Part shown: in pieces, positions 57,701-64,000 of the stretch | How positions within the stretch are numbered: position 1 is the stretch's first letter | Layout: the number at the start of each line of letters is the position of its first letter | Source: an uncultured Candidatus Saccharibacteria bacterium | GTDB taxonomy: Bacteria; Patescibacteriota; UBA1384; CAYGGE01 | NCBI GenBank assembly: GCA_964349485.1 | Contig: CAYGGE010000001.1 | Coordinates: 4,665 to 68,664, forward strand | Direction of reading: 5' to 3' | Length of the DNA: 64,000 bases | Translations under genes and position numbers: made by a program | Notes under the pieces: model-generated | Told to the model about the DNA's origin: nothing | What the model saw: the letters and a program-made list of their open reading frames with translations, nothing else | Databases searched by the model: none

Positions 57701-58907
57701 TTACCCAACAGTTACTTTGATCCCCACCCGGACATTGAACTCAACGCACACCCGTACCTTGACGACCGATGTATTAGGAAAGGCACCTCGCATTGAACTC
57801 GTAACCGAGGAGGGCACCCAAATTCACGCTAACAATATGATCGACATGAGCACTGAATGCTTAATCGGTGAGAAGCTGGGTCTTGACATGACACCAGACA
57901 CGCCAAACTTGGCCTATGGCATGGTCTTCGATATCAAAAATATTAAACACCCAGAGTTAAACGCCACTGTCAAAGATGGTCGGCTTCACCCTGATAAAAT
58001 CTTAGTACTTATGGGACTCACACACACCGCTGTCGATGAACACGAAGAGCTGAAACCGTACTATCGTGAGTGTCTGGCCGCTCAGTCGAAAAACACCAAC
58101 TACTCCCCTAGCGAGAGTTGGGGCTATGCCGCCTTAGGCAACGCCTTTAATTTTTATATGAAGCTTCAGGAGTTCCACGGACCTGCAGAGCTACGGGGCA
58201 TCATTAAGGAGCTTAATCAACTTCGCCTGGTTGATGGCTTCAATGTTGCCTACCATCAAGGTGACCGAGCGACCTTCAATAGTATCAGTTGGAAATTTAA
58301 GAAACGACTCTACCAAAGTGACCACAGCGTCCACACTGATCCGGAATTTGCTGCCATCCGCCAAGTTGAGATCCCCTTACTGCAACAATTTATGCGCCAG
58401 ATCGTGGGCAACGATAGCCTTACTGTGGTACTTCCACAGGAGATGTATGTCCGTCAAGCTACGGCTCACTTCCCAACTTCGCTCGAACGAACTCGACACG
58501 ACCTTAGTCACACCCCGCTGGGTGATCCTGAAGATTCATTTAAGTATTACAACGACTATCGTGGTCTTACTCCACGTAACCAATGGGATACCTACCCTGC
58601 CGAGCTTAAGGGTGAGACCCCGGTTTACATGAAAGCCGACCCTCGTTTTACTGTGACCGTAATCCCTGGTGTCTATCTAGTCAATAAGAACGCCCAAAGC
58701 GCTGTGACCTTCGGAATTGGCCGAATTCAACAAAATCTAGCTCTCCAAGCCAGGGCGACTGTCGACGCCATGAGCCAAGGCCGGCTCGAGGCGATGGCTA
58801 GACCTTTACGTGACCAAGCAGTCGCGAGTACTAAACGATTTAACCCCAATCGAGCTTTGGTCGCTCGCTTAATCCAAAAAATGCCAAGTGAAGTCCGCAC
58901 CGTCTAA
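54789..58907 (+). CDS. Giant membrane-anchored protein (1372 aa): N-terminal duplicated motif, about 600-aa coiled coil, Pro-rich linker, single TM, about 650-aa C-terminal globular domain
   Basis: PDILVGYSLTPPV(S/P)KE x2; long Q/E/A-rich heptad region; RPTPPPPPVAPGPVAPKPVTPA linker; RRRLLQLGGGIATTITAAVVL TM; the C-domain contains a Rossmann-like beta-alpha-beta string DLVIAGGEIEAIVAAMHAVKKGMRPTLIYQ. Confidence 0.8.
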   Translation: MRSPELTTTSKGSLHMPPDILVGYSLTPPVSKESDKTVSSQQYARWAPDILVGYSLTPPVPKEAISPGILKDLEDSQRELREVAQQSRSEIRVLQSLLTEAAAKEKQLVSELDIQKAARSVAEAKAREKETAAAAQQAELRLRQDALEDVKHEYQSLQDQLKLVAERATTIQNELNAATAQIKKLEGAVAKADQTTKLSEEAYQRLAETINHDDVDAQAAQDVTVARLAELRRQLTELQKENTDLSRDIASKTSQIEEHGHAVAVSQALTLSLIAERDQAQGLLRQANEAFTVTVKSHEELMANLLEQFNSTYNVHQTAIATARQEVVTAIQAKDEAETAALEAMSKLEEATTKSAADSTTISQLNRRLHELTERTAAAQATADQATTRVNELEEQNRQLTGELQRFRDDPSVARLEQEKIELAESLADKERELVTRTEELTTTSGEFALRIRTYELEISRLHTTIEEIVAHHESTVVELRTELARVSVPTTQTDKTSEAGSTPLAINEATPRITELQAEIRTLEEQISLQQATNQSLIDQMTADSATAAAEIERARQESTTTSQELTRRLDEATAQVADQTRQLQEMTESSAIDMKSVQESLTQTGLQLAAATQQATEAILQTTQLTTELEAAKQQITEAKAEAERLATLRAEDAQRWQAERDRLRQPGLLQQLLDRLIRPTPPPPPVAPGPVAPKPVTPATMSEEAERKKVSRRRLLQLGGGIATTITAAVVLEKVISPPVSQKTTETRRAFIESPSLATLYADIKEPVTEQLFIERGSLIEDKEIIHTGSIVHTGDLLDRWTYLARELAETQEDHLNAATLIKYRNTILLCRSAKDLYPQAVKFQFIEKDGKLTIIPLDWKEKVAVRREIKSDLVIAGGEIEAIVAAMHAVKKGMRPTLIYQTGKLGGLNSDTGANMAYFDAVNNGTVKPPEEMVELFQIGLGMPAGSLISLNNEGLDQKLHRFLKTHYPTVTLIPTRTLNSTHTRTLTTDVLGKAPRIELVTEEGTQIHANNMIDMSTECLIGEKLGLDMTPDTPNLAYGMVFDIKNIKHPELNATVKDGRLHPDKILVLMGLTHTAVDEHEELKPYYRECLAAQSKNTNYSPSESWGYAALGNAFNFYMKLQEFHGPAELRGIIKELNQLRLVDGFNVAYHQGDRATFNSISWKFKKRLYQSDHSVHTDPEFAAIRQVEIPLLQQFMRQIVGNDSLTVVLPQEMYVRQATAHFPTSLERTRHDLSHTPLGDPEDSFKYYNDYRGLTPRNQWDTYPAELKGETPVYMKADPRFTVTVIPGVYLVNKNAQSAVTFGIGRIQQNLALQARATVDAMSQGRLEAMARPLRDQAVASTKRFNPNRALVARLIQKMPSEVRTV
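54842..54959 (+). repeat. Two copies of a 32/33-nt near-identical direct repeat (GA(T/C)ATTTTGGTTGGCTATTCTCTGACGCCGCC) spaced 86 nt start-to-start, inside the 54789 ORF
   Basis: Read directly at 54842-54873 and 54928-54959; each encodes DILVGYSLTPP. Confidence 0.8.
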
Positions 58908-58990
58908 AACCTGGGGATAGGCCGCTTTCCTTATCGTCTCGTACTCTGTATAATGTTAGCTAGTACGGTTTGTGAACTATAAGGAGAGGG

Positions 58991-61900
58991 ATGCCCGGAC
59001 CAGAAGGAGCAAGGCCAGGCCCTGACGAAGTTGGTATTGACGACACAGACAGTGTCGTTGATCCGGTTGCGCCTGAAGTGGCGAAACCTGAAGAAAAGTC
59101 ACCGACGCCACCTGACCCAGAGCAAGAACGTCAGAGTAGTCGAAGACTTGAACTAACCAGACAGGTTAGTTCGATGCGCAATTCTGAGTTGTTCGATGGT
59201 CTAACCGACACAGAAGATCTAATTGATATTGAGTCCTTAGCCCATACTCAACCGATTACCGAAGCGGGAAACAGTACAGTCGCAGTAGCTAGCCACGAGT
59301 TCATGCGAGACTTGATCGTACGTCGGATCGAGGGCGCAGTTAGATATATTGCCGAAGTAATTAGGCCGAGGCTTTCCGAGACGAGAGGTACAGGCACAAG
59401 ACCAGCTAAAGAACTCGCCGATGAGATCGATAACGAACTAGAGCAGGCTAGGCACAATATTGACTGGGAAATGGGAGATCTCAATTCGTTATTCAACTTC
59501 TATGTGACCCAAGTGCAGGGCCATGCACAGCGAATAACCGATCGGTTAGCGCCTAACCTTGATCTGCCTGGTCCTGGCGACTGGAACACCTGGATTCGTG
59601 AGCACCCTGAAGATATTGAAGCTGAATCAGTCGCCAGCCCAGAAACTGCCGAGCCTAAACTAGAGCGAAAAAGTGTTGCCGAACCAGTGAAGCGTCTCGA
59701 TAAAGGCGCAGCACGGGCGATTGCGGCAGGAGCGATGAGTACAATAGATAGTCTTAACCGAGGCTGGGATATTTTGATTAAAGAAATTCGCGCCTTAGGC
59801 AAAAAGAAAGTTGACGATGAACCGGTCAAACTCGATGAACCTAGGGAAGAACCTTCAGAAACAACCGAGACTACACCGCGGGTTGAACGTCAGGCAACTG
59901 AAATCGACCCTGAAGAAATACAGATGACGATGATCGATATGTATCGACGAGATGTATCTGCCGATACAGAAGAACAAGATCGTCGGGGCGATCTAACTAA
60001 TCAACAGATTTTGGAAGAAATGAGTAGGGAGCCAGAAATATACGACGCGCTTGTCAGTAAAGCGATCGCTAAAACTCTAATCAATCGAGAACTGGCGAAC
60101 GTGCGGAAAGCAACTTATGAACGCCAAAAGCAACTCGAGAAAAAGGGTGTAGCTAAAAAGCTCCTCGCCTTCCTAGGTACGACTTATGCTGGTGTTTTAG
60201 CTAGACATCTTATCCAACAAGGCCTAATCGGTGAAGCCGTTAAATGGGCTGGAACAGAAGCGACTAAAGAAACAGTTCTGGCCGCCGCTCGTGGAGTCAG
60301 CATGTGGTCAGGTATTGCCGTCGGCGGCGCCGTCGGTGCCGGATTTGGTGCCTACAGAGCCAGGGAACGGGCCAAGCGGAAGCAGTTTGAAGTCACAGCC
60401 CTCCTTGAGGCCGCCGATAGTGACGAAAAACTCAATCTCACGCCTCAAGAACGAGCCGATCTTGTCCGTAAACTATTGGTTGAAAAACGGTTCTACGGCA
60501 CGAGTGAAGCCATCGAACAAGCCTACACCTCAATTGAAGAGACCCGTCAAGCACAACTAGCCAACGAGCTACGGATTGTCCGAGACCGCCAGAAGGCTGA
60601 GACAGCTGATTATGAGAATCTCACACTCGAAGAGCGATTGAGATTAGTTGCCGAAGCCTTAACCCAGCTCTATCAAACAAGAATGGACGAGAGCGGTTCA
60701 GAAGCTACCAAAACGAGAGAGATCCAGGCTTTTATCGACGGTCGGCAACGAGTCGTCAACAAAGAGACTTGGAAGGGCGCGGCGCTTGGTGCCGTTGCCG
60801 GAGCTGTTCCAGCCGGTATCTTTGGCTGGTTCTTCCCCTCTTCAGGCTTGGTGACACAGATTAATACTGAAGTCGTGATGCGCGCTCCAGAGCGCTTGGC
60901 TGACATGGTGTCTGCGTTCACCGGAAGTAGCCCCGATCTAGCACTAGGCGACAATATGGGAGTCGATCTTCGTCATGAGTATAACGGGAAACAACTCGCG
61001 ACTTGGGCTGCTGACTATATTAAGGACGCCAAGGCTAACGGTGTCAGTACCGAGAATATTGAACGTGGGTTGCACCATCTCCTCTCCCATGCTGAAGCGA
61101 TCACCAAGAACTGGGATCAGTTCCAAAGCATCGTCCATCAACATGCAACTGATACCGGTAAAGACTTCACCCTTTCAGTCATCCACGGCGGCGCGAACGG
61201 CTTGCTCGTACCTTTTTCAGACATGGGCGCTGGTGGTGAGCTCGGCAAAGACATGGCCCACTCAATGCACAGCTACGTCACCCATGGCTTTACTAGAGAC
61301 ACGTTAAATCCCAGCTACTTACCTTACGGTGACCATCTCCATAAAACCATCAACCATATGGGATTCGAGACACCGTGGTTTGTCAGCGACCCCGTTCCCT
61401 TGATTGGAGCAATTGGTAGTTCGGCAGGAGCCAAGTTAAGCGGTAGCAGTGAGAGTATCAAGGGAGCTGTTGATAAATTGCGTAACCGTAAAAGCGAAGC
61501 AACGAAAGAACAGGTCAAGGAAAAGGAAAAGTTGGGTAATCGAGGTCCTCATGAAACGGCAGAGATCGAGATCAACCCGACGATATTCGTTGATCCGAAT
61601 GAAAATAGAGACAAGCTAGCCGACCTCAATAACTTTGTCGTCCACCGACACGGTTACTTCGTCTTTAAGCAAGACGCAGTGACTGGTAAGATGCGAGCCT
61701 TTCGACTCTGGCCTATGCAGACTGCCAAGGCAAAGACCTGGGGCGATTCTCCTAGTGGCCTGCCAGCCGCTAACGATCCAAGCATGATGAATAGCGGACC
61801 AGAAAATGGTCTCGTCCCGCATGACCCAAATGCAGTTGAATTTGGCGAGATCTATTGTCATGAAGTCGAGTTTATTGATGTTTATAACTCGAGTCGTAGT

Positions 61901-63091
61901 ATCGACCATGAAACATATAAACCGCTCGATGATCAAGACCAGGTAGCTAACACTTGGACATCAAGACGCTGGAAGACGCCCGTAGGGAAAGTACCTACGC
62001 GCATCTCCTATCAGGAACTTACAAGTGACAACAAACTTGTCGTTATCCACCCCCAGGACGCCGACAAATACGCCTACCTCATCCACCGCGATCCCAGCTT
62101 AGTCGGGCAGATTCTGGGCGATAATAAACCTGAAGCACTAGATGATTTAATCGCCAAAGTTGATAAAGCAAAGAAGCCGGAACCAACACTCGAACCAGAG
62201 CCGGAGTCAAAAGACGAAATCAAAGCCGATACTGATCCGAACAGCCTTGAAACAGCTGACTTTACCGACATTGTCGAACCGAAAGAACTCAAGCCGGGCG
62301 AGATCTTAAAACATAAGTCCGGTATCTTCTTACGGGTCAAAGATAACTTATCTGATAGAATCACCGCCTACCGTTTCAGTAAGGATGATAAGCGCACGGG
62401 CAATGAGTTACTTTGGCTCGACCCCCAACAGATTGCCCACACTATCCTAGTGACTGATTTTCAGATTTATCGTAAAGAAGATCCGGCTCCAGAGCCACCG
62501 AAAGATGACGATTCAAGCGCGATTGAGCCTGAGCCAGATAAACGTTTTGAGTCTGCTCTTTACCCCAATAACCAATTTAGGAGAATCGAACAGCAAGATG
62601 TTGATGAAGGCAAAATCAGGCCTGAGGCGATCATCATGAATCAACAATACGGCACCAAATACAAGCTGATTGAACGACAGACTGTATATGATCAGAATGG
62701 TAATGAGGTACATACTTGGAGAATTGGCCTACTCGACCCCAACGACAACTTTAATGAATTAAATAGCGCCAAGCAGCCAATGTATCTTCTTGAGCAGTTC
62801 AACACCAATGATTACTTACTTTTTGAACCTTTATCCGAAACCCCACCCACCCTAGATAAATTTGTCGCCGAGAATTTTGAAGTTAATGATGATCCAAGGG
62901 TCTATGAGTCAAAATTCGTAGTCAGAAAAGACCACAATGTATATAAACTGCTTACGAAGAAAGATGATTTCTGGTTTGTCAGAATCTTGCGCGATGGTAG
63001 ATGGCAGAAGTCAGGAGATAGGATTACTGAAGATGAGATCGAAGCAGGCAAGATTTCGTTACATAAGGAGCAAACGCCCGAAGTCACTTAG
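58991..63091 (+). CDS. Giant hypothetical protein (1366 aa) with acidic N-terminus and two glycine-zipper hydrophobic segments
   Basis: AAGGAGAGGG RBS; GIAVGGAVGAGFGAY and GAALGAVAGAVPAGIFGWFF GxxxG-type segments; no enzymatic motif recognized. Confidence 0.8.
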   Translation: MPGPEGARPGPDEVGIDDTDSVVDPVAPEVAKPEEKSPTPPDPEQERQSSRRLELTRQVSSMRNSELFDGLTDTEDLIDIESLAHTQPITEAGNSTVAVASHEFMRDLIVRRIEGAVRYIAEVIRPRLSETRGTGTRPAKELADEIDNELEQARHNIDWEMGDLNSLFNFYVTQVQGHAQRITDRLAPNLDLPGPGDWNTWIREHPEDIEAESVASPETAEPKLERKSVAEPVKRLDKGAARAIAAGAMSTIDSLNRGWDILIKEIRALGKKKVDDEPVKLDEPREEPSETTETTPRVERQATEIDPEEIQMTMIDMYRRDVSADTEEQDRRGDLTNQQILEEMSREPEIYDALVSKAIAKTLINRELANVRKATYERQKQLEKKGVAKKLLAFLGTTYAGVLARHLIQQGLIGEAVKWAGTEATKETVLAAARGVSMWSGIAVGGAVGAGFGAYRARERAKRKQFEVTALLEAADSDEKLNLTPQERADLVRKLLVEKRFYGTSEAIEQAYTSIEETRQAQLANELRIVRDRQKAETADYENLTLEERLRLVAEALTQLYQTRMDESGSEATKTREIQAFIDGRQRVVNKETWKGAALGAVAGAVPAGIFGWFFPSSGLVTQINTEVVMRAPERLADMVSAFTGSSPDLALGDNMGVDLRHEYNGKQLATWAADYIKDAKANGVSTENIERGLHHLLSHAEAITKNWDQFQSIVHQHATDTGKDFTLSVIHGGANGLLVPFSDMGAGGELGKDMAHSMHSYVTHGFTRDTLNPSYLPYGDHLHKTINHMGFETPWFVSDPVPLIGAIGSSAGAKLSGSSESIKGAVDKLRNRKSEATKEQVKEKEKLGNRGPHETAEIEINPTIFVDPNENRDKLADLNNFVVHRHGYFVFKQDAVTGKMRAFRLWPMQTAKAKTWGDSPSGLPAANDPSMMNSGPENGLVPHDPNAVEFGEIYCHEVEFIDVYNSSRSIDHETYKPLDDQDQVANTWTSRRWKTPVGKVPTRISYQELTSDNKLVVIHPQDADKYAYLIHRDPSLVGQILGDNKPEALDDLIAKVDKAKKPEPTLEPEPESKDEIKADTDPNSLETADFTDIVEPKELKPGEILKHKSGIFLRVKDNLSDRITAYRFSKDDKRTGNELLWLDPQQIAHTILVTDFQIYRKEDPAPEPPKDDDSSAIEPEPDKRFESALYPNNQFRRIEQQDVDEGKIRPEAIIMNQQYGTKYKLIERQTVYDQNGNEVHTWRIGLLDPNDNFNELNSAKQPMYLLEQFNTNDYLLFEPLSETPPTLDKFVAENFEVNDDPRVYESKFVVRKDHNVYKLLTKKDDFWFVRILRDGRWQKSGDRITEDEIEAGKISLHKEQTPEVT

Positions 63092-63111
63092 GCTAATAAC
63101 AAGGAGACAAT

Positions 63112-63513
63112 ATGGATGACGACAATGCCCAATCGCTCGACACTTACCGTGAACAATACACTTTTTACGCAAAGAAGTTGCTCTCTGACCTTGGTCTCGG
63201 TGATCTCGGCCAACCCGAACGAACAGAGCTACTTTCAACTATTGAGCAGTATGTCCAGCAAGTGATCATGAATACCCTGCTCGAGAACCTTGATGAGCCA
63301 ATTACTACCGAGGCAGAGAAAATACTGAACGAAGGTGGCACGCAGGAAGATGCCTTGGTCTATATCATGAGCGCCATCCCCGACATTGAATACCGCATTA
63401 CCGTCGCCCTGACTGAATCGTACGCCCGCATGGTCGACGAGGCCAGACAGCTTGCTGATACTCTCGCCGCCAATAAGCCCAAGCAAGCGGCACACGCCCA
63501 AGCGACTGAGTAA
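63112..63513 (+). CDS. Small acidic hypothetical protein (133 aa), last gene of the cluster
   Basis: AAGGAGA RBS; followed by a terminator. Confidence 0.6.
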   Translation: MDDDNAQSLDTYREQYTFYAKKLLSDLGLGDLGQPERTELLSTIEQYVQQVIMNTLLENLDEPITTEAEKILNEGGTQEDALVYIMSAIPDIEYRITVALTESYARMVDEARQLADTLAANKPKQAAHAQATE

Positions 63514-63544
63514 TAACGGGCGAATAAGTTAACCCGAACCGAGA

Positions 63545-63572
63545 AACGGGCTTGACAGACAGCCCGTTTTTT
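63545..63572 (+). terminator. Rho-independent terminator closing the giant-ORF cluster
   Basis: Stem AACGGGCT/AGCCCGTT (8 bp), loop TGACAGAC, followed by TTTTTTGG. Confidence 0.75.
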
Positions 63573-63580
63573 GGTACAAT
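63552..63580 (+). promoter_or_regulatory. Near-consensus promoter TTGACA-N17-TACAAT embedded in the terminator hairpin
   Basis: TTGACA at 63552-63557 and TACAAT at 63575-63580. It drives the downstream GTG-start ORF. Confidence 0.5.
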
Positions 63581-63628
63581 CCTAGGTCGTCAATCAAGGC
63601 GACTCGTGATCAACTAAGGAGATCACTC

Positions 63629-64000
63629 GTGTCCATTAAGAACCTCAAGACCCTGCTACACCGTCACTGGGTGCTGGTGCTATGGGTCGGGCTCTTCGTG
63701 GTCTCCTTCACGGTGACCACTGGGATTATGACTTGGCGCAACCGAGCCCTCCTGAAGACCACCGGTCTTGCTGGGGCGACGGTTGAAGGTCGCATCCGCA
63801 GTATGGGGCTGGCAATGTGGTATTGGCAGATCCCTCGCTGTGACTGCGACTGTCCGAAAAACCGGCGCGGTCAGCACCGGAGCTGGAACGCAAAGGGACG
63901 GGGACGGCACTACGTATCGGTAGCCAGTAACGCCCGGCGTAGTGGCGTAAAGACGGCCTACGTCAAAGTGCACGACGGCACCCAGCCATATGCATCATAT
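63629..64000 (+). CDS. Partial CDS (runs off the right edge): membrane protein with CDCDC motif, GC-rich
   Basis: AAGGAG is 7 nt upstream of GTG 63629. The frame is open for 124 codons to the window end (VSIKNLKTLLHRHWVLVLWVGLFVVSFTVTTGIMTW...YWQIPRCDCDCPKNRR...). Local GC is about 57-62 percent against about 47 percent upstream. The ORF-track minus-strand ORF 63680-63973 is probably a shadow. Confidence 0.45.
   Translation, partial: MSIKNLKTLLHRHWVLVLWVGLFVVSFTVTTGIMTWRNRALLKTTGLAGATVEGRIRSMGLAMWYWQIPRCDCDCPKNRRGQHRSWNAKGRGRHYVSVASNARRSGVKTAYVKVHDGTQPYASY

Noticed and set aside
41066-63513. Complete type IV secretion or conjugative element
   Set aside because: Apart from the VirB6-like topology of one protein there is no VirB4/VirB11/VirD4 P-loop, relaxase, VirB8/VirB9-like protein or lytic transglycosylase in the block. 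The call is therefore limited to VirB6-like architecture.
41066-63513. Prophage, tail or tape-measure locus, or contractile injection system
   Set aside because: No terminase, portal, capsid, sheath, tube/Hcp-size or baseplate-like ORFs; the gene sizes (four >1100-aa proteins plus tiny acidic proteins) do not fit any phage-module layout; no flanking integrase or att repeats.
63680-63973. Minus-strand 97-aa ORF from the track
   Set aside because: Its P/A/R-rich, motif-less translation looks like a GC-rich shadow frame. The plus-strand ORF in the same region has a proper RBS, a promoter and a plausible TM segment.
63780-64000. Possible structured RNA (tmRNA or RNase P) in the GC-rich right end; a string GCCAGTAACGCCCGG resembles the RNase P GCCAGGTAACGCCTGGG element
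   Set aside because: None of the other universally conserved RNase P (GGAAAGTCCGGGCU, ACAGAACCCGGCUUA) or tmRNA (GGAUUCGAC, tag ORF, T-arm) blocks are present. An open reading frame with a good RBS covers the region instead.

Overview
This 64-kb window looks like chromosomal DNA from a low-to-mid GC (about 46-48 percent) bacterium with a compact housekeeping repertoire resembling a Gram-positive or Patescibacteria/CPR-type organism. That placement is inference from gene content only. Coordinates 1-40,975 hold ordinary core genes. The core genes are a partial FliA-like sigma factor, pyrG, a WD40 protein, phosphoglucomutase, trpS, groES-groEL, efp, the rpsF-ssb-rpsR operon, ychF, recQ, a Xer-type tyrosine recombinase, a PAP2/DedA/M16/ndk/MraY-WecA block, holA, polA, a MurE-like ligase, FemAB and a short valS. 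Interspersed are secreted or membrane proteins of unknown function. These include a Tat-signal Zn-metalloprotease and a G/P/Q-rich tandem-repeat protein. No rRNA, tRNA or CRISPR array was found. The outstanding feature is 41,066-63,513. It is a tightly packed, all-plus-strand, translationally coupled cluster of ten ORFs. The first two encode a signal-peptide protein and a polytopic membrane protein with VirB6/TrbL-like architecture. Four ORFs encode giant proteins of 1114, 1364, 1372 and 1366 aa, and four encode small acidic proteins. None of them carries a recognizable NTPase, enzyme or phage motif. I interpret the cluster as a candidate undescribed envelope, secretion or surface apparatus. 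Secondary signals are a repeated about 60-75 nt element flanking efp, a recurrent CTAG-containing palindromic motif family in several intergenic regions, a 23-bp perfect inverted repeat abutting the recombinase gene, GC-rich islets encoding small hydrophobic peptides, and several promoters and terminators readable from the sequence. All function calls rest on motif recognition by eye. No database searches were run.
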